Below, piece by piece: positions 30,949-41,272 of a stretch of 64,000 nt of DNA. Positions within the stretch are counted from its first letter, which is position 1. Each line of letters opens with the position of its first letter. The position numbers and the translations under genes are program-made. This stretch comes from Nitrospirota bacterium. Lineage in GTDB: Bacteria > Nitrospirota > Nitrospiria > Nitrospirales > Nitrospiraceae. Location of the stretch: assembly GCA_963703955.1 (NCBI GenBank), contig CAVPGK010000021.1, forward strand, positions 96,001 through 160,000, written 5' to 3'. Under the pieces are notes generated by a model that made no database searches, was not told the origin of the DNA, and worked only from the letters and a program-made list of their open reading frames with translations.

Positions 30949-32811
30949 ATGGCCAATGCACCTAGTAACGGACCCAACAACCTGGTTCGGGATCTTCAGA
31001 AGGCGAAAGACGATCTCATAGCCGGGCTCGCCAAGGGCGACGCGCGCGCGACCGAGACGCTGCGCGTCCGGTACGACATGCTGCAGAGCCGCTGGCGCGC
31101 GAAGGCGCAAGCGCGCATCGAACAAATCCGAACCACGGCCGCAGCGCCCGCTCCGCCCGCCACCCTCAACGCACAACTCTATCCGTTTCCTCCCGCGCCG
31201 GTCGCACCGGGCGTGGGGGTCTGCCTCTCAGGCGGTGGCTCGCGCGCGGCGTCCGCTTCGATGGGCGAGTTGCGAGGGCTGCGCTCGCTAGGCTTCCTGG
31301 ATCAGGTCTCTGTGCTCTCGACGGTCTCCGGCGGCTCATGGGCCGGTGTCCCCTTCTCCTATTTGCCCGCGGACGTTTCGGACGATGAATTCCTGGGCGG
31401 TGTCGTTCCCAATCCCGAAGACCTGACCTGGACTCATCACTCCGGCGAAGATCCTGCCCGCGCGCTCGATCTTCTCTCCGACCATGCGCTCGGCAGTCTC
31501 TGCACGCGCGTCGGACTGCTTGAGTTTCTCGCCAAGGCCGCCGAGCTGTTGGAGTATTACCGAGACTCGCCGCACGTGCTCTGGTGCCGAGCCGTCGGCG
31601 CGCTGATTCTCGAACCGTTCGGGCTCGGCGACATCACCCGGCAGCGCTCGCCGGCCACCTACTTCAGCGACACCAGCGAATGGCTCAACACGGTGATCCT
31701 CGGGGGTGGCCGGAATCCTGCGTTGAGCGCGTCGGACTTTTATCTCGTGCGGAAACCCGGGCGGCCGTACCTCGTCACGAATTCCACGCTGTTCTATCCC
31801 GCCGGCGTGCACCTTCGACGTCCCGCGCCCGGAAGCCCCGGACTTCAGCCGTATCCGTTCGAAGCCTCGTCAAAGGGAGTCGGGGTGCCGTTTCCGTTGC
31901 AGAAGGACCTCGGCGGAGAGTACGTCGATCCGTTCGCGTTCGGAGGTCAGGCGCCGACTACTGCGCCCGTGCAGGACCGCATTCAAGTCGCTACCCCATT
32001 GCAGCGCTTCTCCCTCTCGGACATTGCCGGCACCAGCAGCTCGGCATTCGTCGGGCCGCTGATCCAGTACTTCTATGCCCATTACCCGTGGCTTGAAGAG
32101 ATCGATCCCATCTACTCGTACTGGCCGGTGATGACGTCCGGGCAGATTCCAGCGCAGCCGTACTTCATCGGGGACGGCGGCAATTTGGAGAACACCGGCA
32201 TCATGGCCCTGCTCCGCCGGAAGATGCCCCGCATCGTCGCCTTTGTCCATGCGCTGACGCCGTTGTCCTGGGACACCGGGGCCAAGCAAGTTGTGGTAGA
32301 CAGTCAACTTCCGCCGCTCTTCGGCCTCCAACCCAAGATTCCTGGACAGCCATATATCCCATATCCCGGTCCGGCGGCTCCCGTCCCCGCGTCCGCTGCG
32401 CCATATCGTTACAACCAGGTCTTTGATTCGCAGGCCTTTTATAGCCTGATCGATACACTGTGGAAGGCCCATCAGGCGGGCGGCTCGGCCATCTGCAAGC
32501 AAACCCAACTCACCGTGCACGACAATCCGCGTTTCGGCATTCACGGGGTCGGACCGGTCGATATTCTGTGGGTCTACACCAATCCGGTGACGTCTTGGCG
32601 CAACCGGTTGAGGACGACCGTCAGGCTGGGGATGGACTTTGAGCCGCTGCTCTATGGTTCGTTCCCGAACTACGACACGTTTCTGCAACTCCATCTGGTG
32701 TCACGGCAGGTCAATCTGCTCGCGCACCTCTCATGCTGGAACGTGATCAATGAACGGTCGATCGGCGGCTTTTCGCCGAATGCGCGACTGTTTCGCGAAA
32801 TGTTCGACTAG
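30949..32811 (+). CDS. Patatin/cPLA2-like phospholipase without a signal peptide
   Basis: CLSGGGSRAA, LSTVSGGSW, IGDGGNLENTG; AAGGAG RBS; N-terminal helical extension and Pro/Ala linker. Confidence 0.85.
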   Translation: MANAPSNGPNNLVRDLQKAKDDLIAGLAKGDARATETLRVRYDMLQSRWRAKAQARIEQIRTTAAAPAPPATLNAQLYPFPPAPVAPGVGVCLSGGGSRAASASMGELRGLRSLGFLDQVSVLSTVSGGSWAGVPFSYLPADVSDDEFLGGVVPNPEDLTWTHHSGEDPARALDLLSDHALGSLCTRVGLLEFLAKAAELLEYYRDSPHVLWCRAVGALILEPFGLGDITRQRSPATYFSDTSEWLNTVILGGGRNPALSASDFYLVRKPGRPYLVTNSTLFYPAGVHLRRPAPGSPGLQPYPFEASSKGVGVPFPLQKDLGGEYVDPFAFGGQAPTTAPVQDRIQVATPLQRFSLSDIAGTSSSAFVGPLIQYFYAHYPWLEEIDPIYSYWPVMTSGQIPAQPYFIGDGGNLENTGIMALLRRKMPRIVAFVHALTPLSWDTGAKQVVVDSQLPPLFGLQPKIPGQPYIPYPGPAAPVPASAAPYRYNQVFDSQAFYSLIDTLWKAHQAGGSAICKQTQLTVHDNPRFGIHGVGPVDILWVYTNPVTSWRNRLRTTVRLGMDFEPLLYGSFPNYDTFLQLHLVSRQVNLLAHLSCWNVINERSIGGFSPNARLFREMFD

Positions 32812-33176
32812 CCTGAATAGAAAAGCGCAATGCTCACAGCGCGCTGAACTGTTTCAGTCTACAGAGGAGTCCGAGCCATGGGCGGTCTAGTCGAAGATTG
32901 GAACCGTAACGCCTTGCTACAAATTCCTGGTCCCCAAGAATTGCACAATTGCGGAGGTCACAAAAAGACTCTCGATCTCATTGTCGAGACGCCGATGGCC
33001 GGAGGGATATTTCAGGATTGGGTCGGGTGGATGTCAAGCGCGCTGCAGGTGCGAGCGATACGTGCGTAACGATGAAGCTCCCGACGGTACAAACCGATCG
33101 GGTGAGCTCCATCGCTACGCGCGGCTGCTGGTGATGCGCCCTCGGTCAACTGCACGGGTTAGTGAGACCGATTCTG

Positions 33177-33485
33177 TCAGGCCACGTCGGCGAGCACGAG
33201 GAGATCTACGCGACCGTGGTAGCGATCGTCGATATTCCCCGAGCTGTCGCGAAGCAAGTAGTTGGCTCTGACAGTCACGGTATTGTTGCTTATTCTGTCT
33301 ACACTTGCATCAATCATCTCACGAAACATGTGGTGGTCGCTGTCCGTAAACTGGGCATCAAAGCCGTTCAACGCGACGTCTGCCCTATTCACACGACCGC
33401 CGAACACCACTGTCGCTACTTCACTCTGGATCTGACCCTTCGTTGAGTCGAAGTTGATGGTCGTTCTTCGGAAATCCATCGCCAT
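33177..33485 (-). CDS. Small beta-rich hypothetical protein
   Basis: AGGAGG RBS; 102 aa with an alternating hydrophobic pattern (VALNGFDAQF..DHH, VTVRANYLLRD). Confidence 0.7.
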   Translation of the reverse strand: MAMDFRRTTINFDSTKGQIQSEVATVVFGGRVNRADVALNGFDAQFTDSDHHMFREMIDASVDRISNNTVTVRANYLLRDSSGNIDDRYHGRVDLLVLADVA

Positions 33486-33839
33486 GGTATCCTCCTTTCT
33501 ACGAGGAACAGCACCAAGCAGTTCCCGTGGGTGCGACGCTTACTTTCGCCCTTCGACAAAAACCAGCAGTCCTCTTAACGAGCGCCGCGAGCAGGAACGC
33601 GAAAACTCCACCATTCGCTTCACTCGCTGGCCTGTCACGTTGGTGAATGGCAAAGGCTGTGCCAGCGCGATCAAGCTCTCTTTATGAACGGGTCAGAGAG
33701 CGCAACTGTTCGGTTTGCTTGGGAAGATCAAGAGCTCGTGGGACAGGCATGCAGCGACATGCATTCCGGTTCAGCCGCGCGCCACTATCTAAACGGATAC
33801 CGGGCCGGATCGGATCAGATACAGCGAGACCAGGCACTG

Positions 33840-33896
33840 GGTCGATCAGGGGTTTTCCGGCCCAACATGGAACTGCTTCGGGAGATGTTTGACTAG
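33840..33896 (+). pseudogene. 3' remnant of a paralog of the upstream phospholipase
   Basis: FRPNMELLREMFD* versus FSPNARLFREMFD* at the end of 30949..32811. Confidence 0.6.
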
Positions 33897-34018
33897 GGCA
33901 CATCGATTTGCTTGGGAGCGTCAACCAATTCGATATCCTGCTTGTTTTGATGTATCAGGGATCACTCTGGCTTCTTGAACTCCCCGAGTGGGCTGCTGCC
34001 GGTGTGGTTGACACCCGC

Positions 34019-34884
34019 TTACGCTACTCCGGCCTTCATTTCGAACTCCATCGGGCTGAGATACCCGAGCGTGGAGTGCCGCCGCGTCGGATTGTAGAAA
34101 CGTTCGATGTAATCGAACACGTCGGCCCTAGCCTGGGCTCGCGTGCGGTATGTCTTAGCTGCCGTGCGTTCGGTTTTTAGTGAGGAGAAGAAGCTCTCCA
34201 TTGCCGCATTGTCCCAGACGTTGCCGGCCCGGCTCATGCTACAGGTGACGCCGTGGTCGGCCAAGAGCCGCTGGAAAGGCTCACTCGTGTACTGGCTGCC
34301 TCGATCAGAGTGATGCAGCCCGGTCTCGGGCTTCCCCCGCCGCCAGAGCGCCATCACGAGCGCATCGGTGACGAGTTGCGCGGTCATTGTCGCACTCATG
34401 GACCAGCCGACCACCCGTCGCGAAAAGAGATCGATGACCGCGGCGACGTAGAGCCAGCCTTCGGCGGTCCAGATATAGGTGAAGTCCGCAACCCATTTGC
34501 GATTCGCAGACGAGGCGTCGAAGGACCGGTTGAGCACATTCGGGGCCAGGGCGTTCGTCGAGTGCACGCCCGTGTCGAGCGGTACCCGTCGCCGCCTAGG
34601 ACGTGCTCGTAAGGCCGCTTGTCGCATCAGCCGCTCAATCCGATGGAGGCCGCAGGCGATTCCCTCCGCGAGCAGGTCGTGCCAGACACGCCGAGCCCCG
34701 TACGTGCGATCGCTGGTGAGGAAGCTGGTCCGCACTCTGGCCAGTAGCTGCTCATCGGCCCGCGCCCGTCCACTCAGCGGCCGGGTCAGCCAGACATAAA
34801 ACCCTCCCGCGAGACACCGAGCGCCTCGCATAACCAACCGGTCGGCCAGATCCCCCGGTGCTTCGCGATGAAGGCGAACTTCAC
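34019..34884 (-). CDS. IS3 OrfB DDE transposase (1-bp frameshift near 34806)
   Basis: WVADFTYI, HSDRGSQY, WDNAAMESFF; the N-terminus VKFAFIAKHRGIWP..GVSR is out of frame with GFYVW. Confidence 0.85.
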
Positions 34885-35171
34885 AGTGACTCCTTCGCAA
34901 AGTAGGCCGCGGCTTTTTTTAAGATGTCCCGCTCCGCCTTCAGTTTCAGAACTTCACGGCGGAGCCGCGCGAGCTCCTCCTGCTCGGGTTTCATCTGTCC
35001 TTGGCCCGGAAAGGCCTGCTGCAGATCGGCTGCATACTCCTGCACCCAGCGCCTCAACACCGTGCTATGCACGCCCAAATCGCGTGCGGCTTGCGCCACC
35101 GTCACTCCGCGTTCCCTAATCAGCTTGACGGCCTCAACTTTGAACTCCCGCGTAAACTTCCGTCGCTCCAT
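34881..35171 (-). CDS. IS3 OrfA (HTH)
   Basis: RRKFTREFKVEAVKL..ERDILKKAAAYFAKE. Confidence 0.92.
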   Translation of the reverse strand: MERRKFTREFKVEAVKLIRERGVTVAQAARDLGVHSTVLRRWVQEYAADLQQAFPGQGQMKPEQEELARLRREVLKLKAERDILKKAAAYFAKESL

Positions 35172-35232
35172 GGCTCACCTCCGGTTTCATCCATACACCT
35201 AACTCGGTGTCTTTGAAACCGGCAGCAGCCCA

Positions 35233-35441
35233 TGCCTACTTATTCGGCAGAACGAGAAGGCACAGCACGACCTTGATAGGCTCCCTGACAAGATGGCAAG
35301 CGCATCAAAAAGCTCCAAGGCTACAAGGAGAATCTTTACCGGCTTCGGACCGGAGACCATCGAGTTGTCTTCAGGCGATCGGGCCTTCGAATCGATATTG
35401 TCCGGATACTGAGTAAGGCAGACTTCCAGCGGGCCTATTGA
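35233..35441 (+). pseudogene. RelE/ParE toxin remnant abutting the IS3 end
   Basis: EKAQHDLDRLPDKMA, then an internal deletion/frameshift to KRIKKLQGYKENLYRLRTGDHRVVF...FQRAY*. Confidence 0.7.
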
Positions 35442-35652
35442 GAAATCTCGGTCAACGAGCGCGCAACAGCCGTGAAAAAGTTTTCTTCCAAGAAACGCTC
35501 AAAGACCACTGCTACTGACCCATTTGATGTATCAGGTATCAGAAAATCACCTTGGGTGGCCGGCGCGGAGGTTTAGAGAACATCACCGATACCCTTCCAA
35601 CCGATACGAGCGCACGAGGGGTGCTGACTAAGAACCAACAAAGAACGCCTGC

Positions 35653-35958
35653 TCAGGCCTTCAGAATCCGTCTGATCGCCTCTCGATAGACCCCGAGGTC
35701 TTCTCGCTTGCCGATTGCCACGACCTCCACGATGACTTCCAATTCCACGATGCGGTAGACGATACGGATGGATTTCTTGGCTACATACAGCTTGTAATAC
35801 CCGGTGAGATTAAGACCCGCTTTTCTCCCCAGGTGCTCTCCGAGGTGGGGAGAGGTTTGCAGTTTTTTTAGTTGGCGGGCGACCTGCTCTTTAAGAGAGC
35901 CATCAAGTTTTCTGAAATCATTCGCGGCATCTGCCGTCAGGACGACCCTATACGGCAA
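35653..35958 (-). CDS. RelE/ParE family toxin
   Basis: YRVVLTADAANDFRKLD..LTGYYKL..RIVYRI..VVAIGKRED. Confidence 0.9.
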   Translation of the reverse strand: MPYRVVLTADAANDFRKLDGSLKEQVARQLKKLQTSPHLGEHLGRKAGLNLTGYYKLYVAKKSIRIVYRIVELEVIVEVVAIGKREDLGVYREAIRRILKA

Positions 35959-36241
35959 TCTCTTGCTCCTTCAACAGCGCCTCAAGAGTGATGCGCTTTC
36001 CAGACCCCTTTCCCTTGCGTTCTTGGACGAGATAGTGGATCTCAATATGTTCCAACAGGGCCAAGGCTTCGGCCATGGTCTCGTATTCATGAATCGGGAC
36101 AATGACGGCCTCCAGCTCGTTATTCTTCGAAATCGCGATCCGACGTTTGTGTTGAGTCTTCAAGTCAGTCAACACCTTTCCAAATGTTCGCGCTACCCGC
36201 GATGCGCTGACGATTTCATCTTTTCCGTATGTCACGCCCAT
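35948..36241 (-). CDS. Phd/YefM family antitoxin
   Basis: IVSASRVARTFGKVL..IAISKNNELEAVIVPIHEYE; overlaps the toxin start. Confidence 0.85.
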   Translation of the reverse strand: MGVTYGKDEIVSASRVARTFGKVLTDLKTQHKRRIAISKNNELEAVIVPIHEYETMAEALALLEHIEIHYLVQERKGKGSGKRITLEALLKEQEIAV

Positions 36242-36475
36242 GGGCTCCTCCTTGCCTATCTTTGTTACATAACATCATGCGTGTAATAGCACGCATTAGT
36301 CAACATAAAGATCCAGTTCCTACGGTGCCGGAAGTGCACAACACCTGAGAAACCACCGTTTGCCTGTACGGCCTGGGGCACGCTGGACGTCATCCAGTCT
36401 CTCTCTTATGCCAACACTCTCATTACCCGACCCACCGGAGAAGAGGCAAAGGGTCAAAGAGCAAAGGGCAAGGTA

Positions 36476-37665
36476 TCAGGGGATGTCCTGGGCCAGACGG
36501 AAGCCGATGCCGTAGTTCCGGAAGTCGGCATTGAACCAGGTCCGGAACGAGGCACGCAGATTCACCGGTGTGTCGCCCCAGGAGCCGCCCCGGACCACGC
36601 GCTGGCCGCCCTTTTCGTCCCACCAACTGGCACACCATTCCCACACATTGCCGGCCATGTCATAGCAACCATACGGGCTCAGGCCATCGGATATTGGCTG
36701 ACAGGCGAGGTGCGCTCAACGCCGGATTCGCCACTATTGCATTTGGTCTTGTCGAACTCGTCACCCCATGGGTAGGTGCGGCCGTCCGTGCCTCGTGCCG
36801 CCTTTTCCCACTCCTGCTCCGTTGGTAGCCGTTTGCCTGCCCAGTTCGCATAGGCCTCAGCTTCATAGTAGCTCACGCCGACCACGGAATGATCGGGTTC
36901 ATTCCATTTGGCGTCATTCCAATGCTCAGGGCCTTGGATGTTGTTTTCAGTTTTCCATCTCCACCCCTCTTGGGACCAGTATGTCTGATTCTGGTAACCG
37001 TGCGGCGAGATGAAGGCTCCAAATTCCGCGTTCGTGACGGGGTACCTGCCGTGGCCGATCGTCTCACGATGTTTGTCCTCCCCATACAGAAACGGTCCCT
37101 TCGGCACCTTCACCATGCCTGCTGGGGCTTCGACTGACTGTGGCTCAACACGTGGCCGGGCTCATTGAGTACCAGGGGATTGGTTCGGCTCCTGCCCCTG
37201 TATCTGTTCCTTCAGGTGCTCGATCAACCGGTCCATATCTCGGTGAAAATCCGGATCGGCTCGGATAGCGATGCCGTTGCGATAGGCCAGGTCCTGAATG
37301 CTGTTTGGAAGTCGGTCAGCTACTGGAATCGAGGCACCTCTCACGAGTACCGGAATCACAGGGATCTCGCGCTTCAGCGCCGACTCGATTTCAATGCGGA
37401 CGAAATCCCTTGGATCATCCAGCCTGGACTTACCCGTGCCGCCCTTTGTTTTCATCCAGTCCCGCCCGATCACTGCGAGGAACACATGGCACTTGGCCAC
37501 CTGCGTATCGAGATAGGTTCGAAAATCGACACCAAGGGGAATGGAATCGACATCCTTAAACACTGATGCTCGATCAAACTGTTGGATGAGCCGGTCGTAA
37601 ATGCGCCCGGCAACATCGGCGCTATCGTCACGGCGGAACGAAATCAGGATCTCTTCTAGCGGTAT
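36476..37665 (-). pseudogene. TIR domain + FGE-sulfatase (CLec-fold) protein, inactivated; candidate DGR target
   Basis: GGAGG followed by ATA in place of a start at 37665; ISFRRDDS..FKDVDSIPLGVDF..FVRIEIESAL (TIR); in-frame TGA at 37162; [14 protein letters not shown]; frameshift near 36690; DMAGNVWEW..RGGSW..IGFR. Confidence 0.85.
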
Positions 37666-37834
37666 CGCGGTCCTCCAGCTCGAAATGGTGACAGGCTACG
37701 TCTTACGCGCGATCCTGTCAACACGCTCACGCGGAGAAATACCAGTATTTGCGGGCTTGGCGACGGGAAGGGTGAGTGATGATGCAGGGAAAGGCAGTGC
37801 GGTCCTGTCGTAGCTTCAGAGTCGCATGAAGGCT

Positions 37835-38130
37835 TCAGTCGTAGGTGTGTTCGTCTCGCTTGAGCAGTTTCAAGAGAATCACTTTCTTTCGCCTGTCATC
37901 GATGTCGTAGAGGGGTACGGACCGACGCGCAGGCGATATTCGGCCGTGAACTGTGACGCGACCACATGGCCAGTGAGTTTTTTCGTGCGCTTACCTTGGG
38001 GACGGGGATTCGAGGCTAAGGATCTGACGGCTTGAACGATCGTGGTTTGGTACTCGGAGGGAATCTTCTTGAGAGCCTTCTGAAACGCGCGTTCAACCCG
38101 TTCGCTCGGGAAGACGACCTCGTAAGACAA
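37835..38130 (-). pseudogene. RelE family toxin, frameshifted near 37915
   Basis: LASNPRPQG..KKL..YRLRVGPY; LYDIDDRRKKVILLKLLKRDEHTYD* is in another frame. Confidence 0.75.
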
Positions 38131-38269
38131 CTACAGACCTATTTTACTCAATACGCGTTCCACCGGAACCTCTTTCCCGTGCGCGTAATCCGTCCTCGCT
38201 CGTTCGATTTCAATGGGCTTCTCTGACATTCACGGGCTTTGCCTTTCGGAGGAATGAAGCGGCAGTCAT
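38131..38269 (-). pseudogene. Internally deleted antitoxin
   Basis: MTAASFLRKAKPVNVREA joined out of frame to IERARTDYAHGKEVPVERVLSKIGL*, directly upstream of the toxin. Confidence 0.55.
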
Positions 38270-38606
38270 CTTGTCTAGTTCCCTAGTGCATTGCACTTGT
38301 ACACCAATACCAGCTTCTGTGTTGCCTGGCAAGGGTTAGAGGGTCACTCGTCTCCTCACGGTACGAAGTCGGGCGACGGGCTCCCTCGCGGCCTGCGCAT
38401 ACGTACAAGCAAGGGGTCGAAAGCACTTTCATGACGCTACTCGCCGCGCCGGCTAGTACTGCCGCACGCCACGCCGACTGCGAGTCACCACGGGAAGCTC
38501 GGCCTCTGCTGAATCGTCGTCTGTGACATCTGCGGTTCAGAAAACCTCCGCCGACGCAGTCTGTCAGCGTAAGAAGATGGCCGACTACTGCCGGCGCGGG
38601 CGCGCA

Positions 38607-39491
38607 TTAGCATGTCATCCGGGCTGTACCTTGGTCGAGCCGGTAGACGCGCGTCGCGGTTAACCCAAGCACCTGATCGCGTTCATCAGGTGACCACCGC
38701 CCAAATAGACGATTCATTTCATGCCACACTGTGGCGTACCCGCCGCCTAAAATAGAGACCGGCCAGTCGCTTCCCCACATCAGCCGATCGGCTCCGAACA
38801 CGGCGAGCGCGTGATCCACATACCGCGAGAGATCATCCGCAGTCCAGACGGGTTGCGCCGCGGTATCGAGACCGGATATCTTCGCAAAGACATTTGGGGC
38901 GTCGGCGGCGCGGGCGATCAGCGACGCCCAGGGTTCCCATTCATGAGCCGCGATCGGCGGCTTGGCCAGATGATCGATGATTAACCTGAGCCCTGGGGCT
39001 CTCGCCGCAATCTCCGGCACGTGCTCCAGATGACGCGGAAGGATGGCGACCAGGTCGAACGTGAGACTCCGATCTGCGAGGAGCTTCAGCCCTTCCAGGA
39101 CGGCATCGCGCACGATCCAATCCGTGTCCGGCTCGACATTGATCAAATGACGAACACCCACAAAGTGAGGTTCGCGCGCGAGCGCATCGAGCATGCGGTC
39201 CGCTTCGTGCGGCCGATCCAGCGGGACCCAGCCGACGGCGCCGGCGATCCAATCGCGGGTCCTTGCGTGGTTTAGGAGCGCAGCGTTTTCATCGGGTCCG
39301 TCAGCCGCCTGAACCAAAACGGTACGATGAACGCCGGCGGCTTGGAGATGCGGCTCCAGATCGGCCGGCCCAAACGATCGACGGAGCGGCGCGAAGGTTT
39401 GATCCTCCGCATACGGCTGCTTCTCCATCCATGAGGTCTGGTACGTGCCGTAGGTCCAAAAGTGCTGATGCGCGTCGATGATCAGTGTCAT
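38607..39491 (-). CDS. Amidohydrolase_2 family protein (L-fuconolactonase-like)
   Basis: IIDAHQHFW, VGVRH, IIDHLAKP, KISG, RLMWGSDWPV. Confidence 0.9.
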   Translation of the reverse strand: MTLIIDAHQHFWTYGTYQTSWMEKQPYAEDQTFAPLRRSFGPADLEPHLQAAGVHRTVLVQAADGPDENAALLNHARTRDWIAGAVGWVPLDRPHEADRMLDALAREPHFVGVRHLINVEPDTDWIVRDAVLEGLKLLADRSLTFDLVAILPRHLEHVPEIAARAPGLRLIIDHLAKPPIAAHEWEPWASLIARAADAPNVFAKISGLDTAAQPVWTADDLSRYVDHALAVFGADRLMWGSDWPVSILGGGYATVWHEMNRLFGRWSPDERDQVLGLTATRVYRLDQGTARMTC

Positions 39492-39515
39492 AGTGCGATC
39501 CAACGTGGAGAACCC

Positions 39516-39615
39516 GTGAAGCCGACACTATTATTGCTGCCTGGACTCGGCGCCGATGAGGCGCTCTTTCGGCACCAGCTCGAAACCCTGAAGGACATCG
39601 CCGACACGAGGGAAG
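39516..39615 (+). pseudogene. N-terminal stub of an alpha/beta hydrolase
   Basis: GGAG RBS + GTG; KPTLLLLPGLGADEALFRHQLETLKDIAD, then similarity ends. Confidence 0.55.
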
Positions 39616-39987
39616 TCTTCCGTTCAACGAGCGTCCCAAACCTGCTCAAATGAGTCGTCAGGATGCGCTCGGTCTCATATTGCGGCAAGGCCAGGAATCC
39701 ATAGGGCGCATCAGGCAGATCCAAGACCATTTCCGCCGTTTGCTTGCTGTTGACGTACACACGCATTCCGCGCAGCCACAGACCGGCATTGATCGCGTCG
39801 GTGGCGCGATCCCCATGTCCTCCCAGACCTCCAGCGTTCTCGGCTGGATACCGATCGCCTTACACTGGTTCGCCAGTTCAGGCAACGGATCGATAATGCG
39901 GCAATTCACGCCATGCCGGCGCAGTTCGCAGGCCATCATCAGGCCGACCGGCCCTGCGCCCGCGACCAGCACATCCGTCGTTCGCAT
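39600..39987 (-). pseudogene. Truncated, frameshifted FAD-dependent monooxygenase
   Basis: DVLVAGAGPVGLMMACELRRHG, AIGIQPRTLEV, LPQYETERIL; only ~130 residues remain. Confidence 0.8.
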
Positions 39988-40190
39988 GGCTGCCCCTATC
40001 CTTGCCCGTCAGTCTCCTCGCCATGGCCGCCGGGAACCGACACGATCAAAGCTGGTACCGAGGCCATCGCACCGTGGCAGAGAACGGGAGATTTACATCC
40101 TCATCGGGGAGAGTTATAGTCGGCCTCTTACGGAAGCCCGAACTATAGATCAGCGCAGAGTGAAGCGCAACGCGGTCGTGGGAGAGACCG

Positions 40191-40996
40191 ATGCTGATTC
40201 AGGCGGATGTTGCCGAAGCCAAGGCCATTCTCGGAGCCATGCACCGGGTGGCGTCGGGGAACGGCCGCCAGGCCTTGTCCGACGCCTGCGCCTCCGGCTT
40301 GAGATCCGCGGCTCAGTACGTCTTCGCCCTCGGTCACGACATCCGGATTGAGGAGTTACCAGCCGTCAAACCGGCGGACCTTGCCTCGATATTGATCACA
40401 CGAGAGCAAAAAGATACCGCGTCTCGGTTTCTAGCTGTCCTGCCGTTGGTGGATGGCCGGCTGGATGAAGAGAAGATCGACGTGTTCCTCCAGTATGCGG
40501 ACGCCCGCTATCGGCCTTAGGGGAATTGGCGCCCGGCACGTTCGGGCGGGCCTCTTGGGAGATCTACAAGCAGAATGGCTATGCTTTCCCCGGGCAGGAG
40601 CAGGGGGTCAATGCGAGATTCAGCACTCCGCATGACTCGACCCATGTGCTCAGCGGCTATGATACCTCCCCGCAAGGTGAGATCCTCGTCTCGACGTTCA
40701 CGGCCGGCAAGCATCCCCAGCAGCCGATGGAGGGGCATATCCTGCCGGTCATCTTTAGTTGGCATTTGGGGATCGAGATCAATGCCCTCGCAAAGTCTGC
40801 GCGAGGCCAGCTCGACCTCGAGAAGTTCTGGGTCGCATGGGTCCGGGGCAGTCAAATGCAAACGGATCTCTTCGCCCGGGATTGGGACTTCTGGAACGTG
40901 ATCGAGGAGCCGGTTGAGGTGGTACGGGAACGATATCGAGTCCCCCGGCTCGATCCAGGTCATGCCGCCGGTCGGTTATCTCAAGCTCGGAATTGA
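40191..40996 (+). pseudogene. Coq4-like (HDxxH..E) protein with internal deletion/frameshift near 40505
   Basis: LAPGTFGR..PHDSTHVLSGYDTSPQGEILV; the N-terminal half is in a different frame. Confidence 0.55.
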
Positions 40997-41141
40997 TTGA
41001 CGCGAAGAACATTAAAAGACATTCCCGCGCCAGGGCTATCGGCTCCAATCGTATTCCACCTATCAATATCCAATCTCCACAAACGAGTTGTAGATTTGAT
41101 CGGATTTACTCTTCTTCAATCACTCTTGCTCCCGATAGTTT

Positions 41142-41268
41142 GGCTACTTGCTGGGGCACACGGACTGTCCGCACGACCATGATCTACATGCACGTGTTGA
41201 AGCAGGTGGAAGGCGTGCGGAGTCCAGCAGATGCACTGGTCCAAGGGTTAAGCCCTTCACAACCATAA
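41142..41268 (+). pseudogene. intI: 3' remnant of an integron integrase
   Basis: GY-LLGHTD / VRTTMIYMHVLKQVEGVRSPADAL matches the IntI C-terminus (LLGHxDVxTTMIYTHVL...GVxSPxD). Confidence 0.75.
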
Positions 41269-41272
41269 CGGA

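Larger units (their letters stand above)
33989..35232 (-). mobile_element. IS3 family insertion sequence (1244 bp)
   Basis: Imperfect 27-bp TIRs TGGGCTGCTGCCGGT...GACACC with TG..CA ends; orfA + orfB; A7G slippery site at 34913-34920; no flanking target duplication. Confidence 0.93.

Noticed and set aside
33130..33165. GGTCAACTGCACGGGTTAG resembling the right end of an attC
   Set aside because: No matching left arm or cassette boundary found
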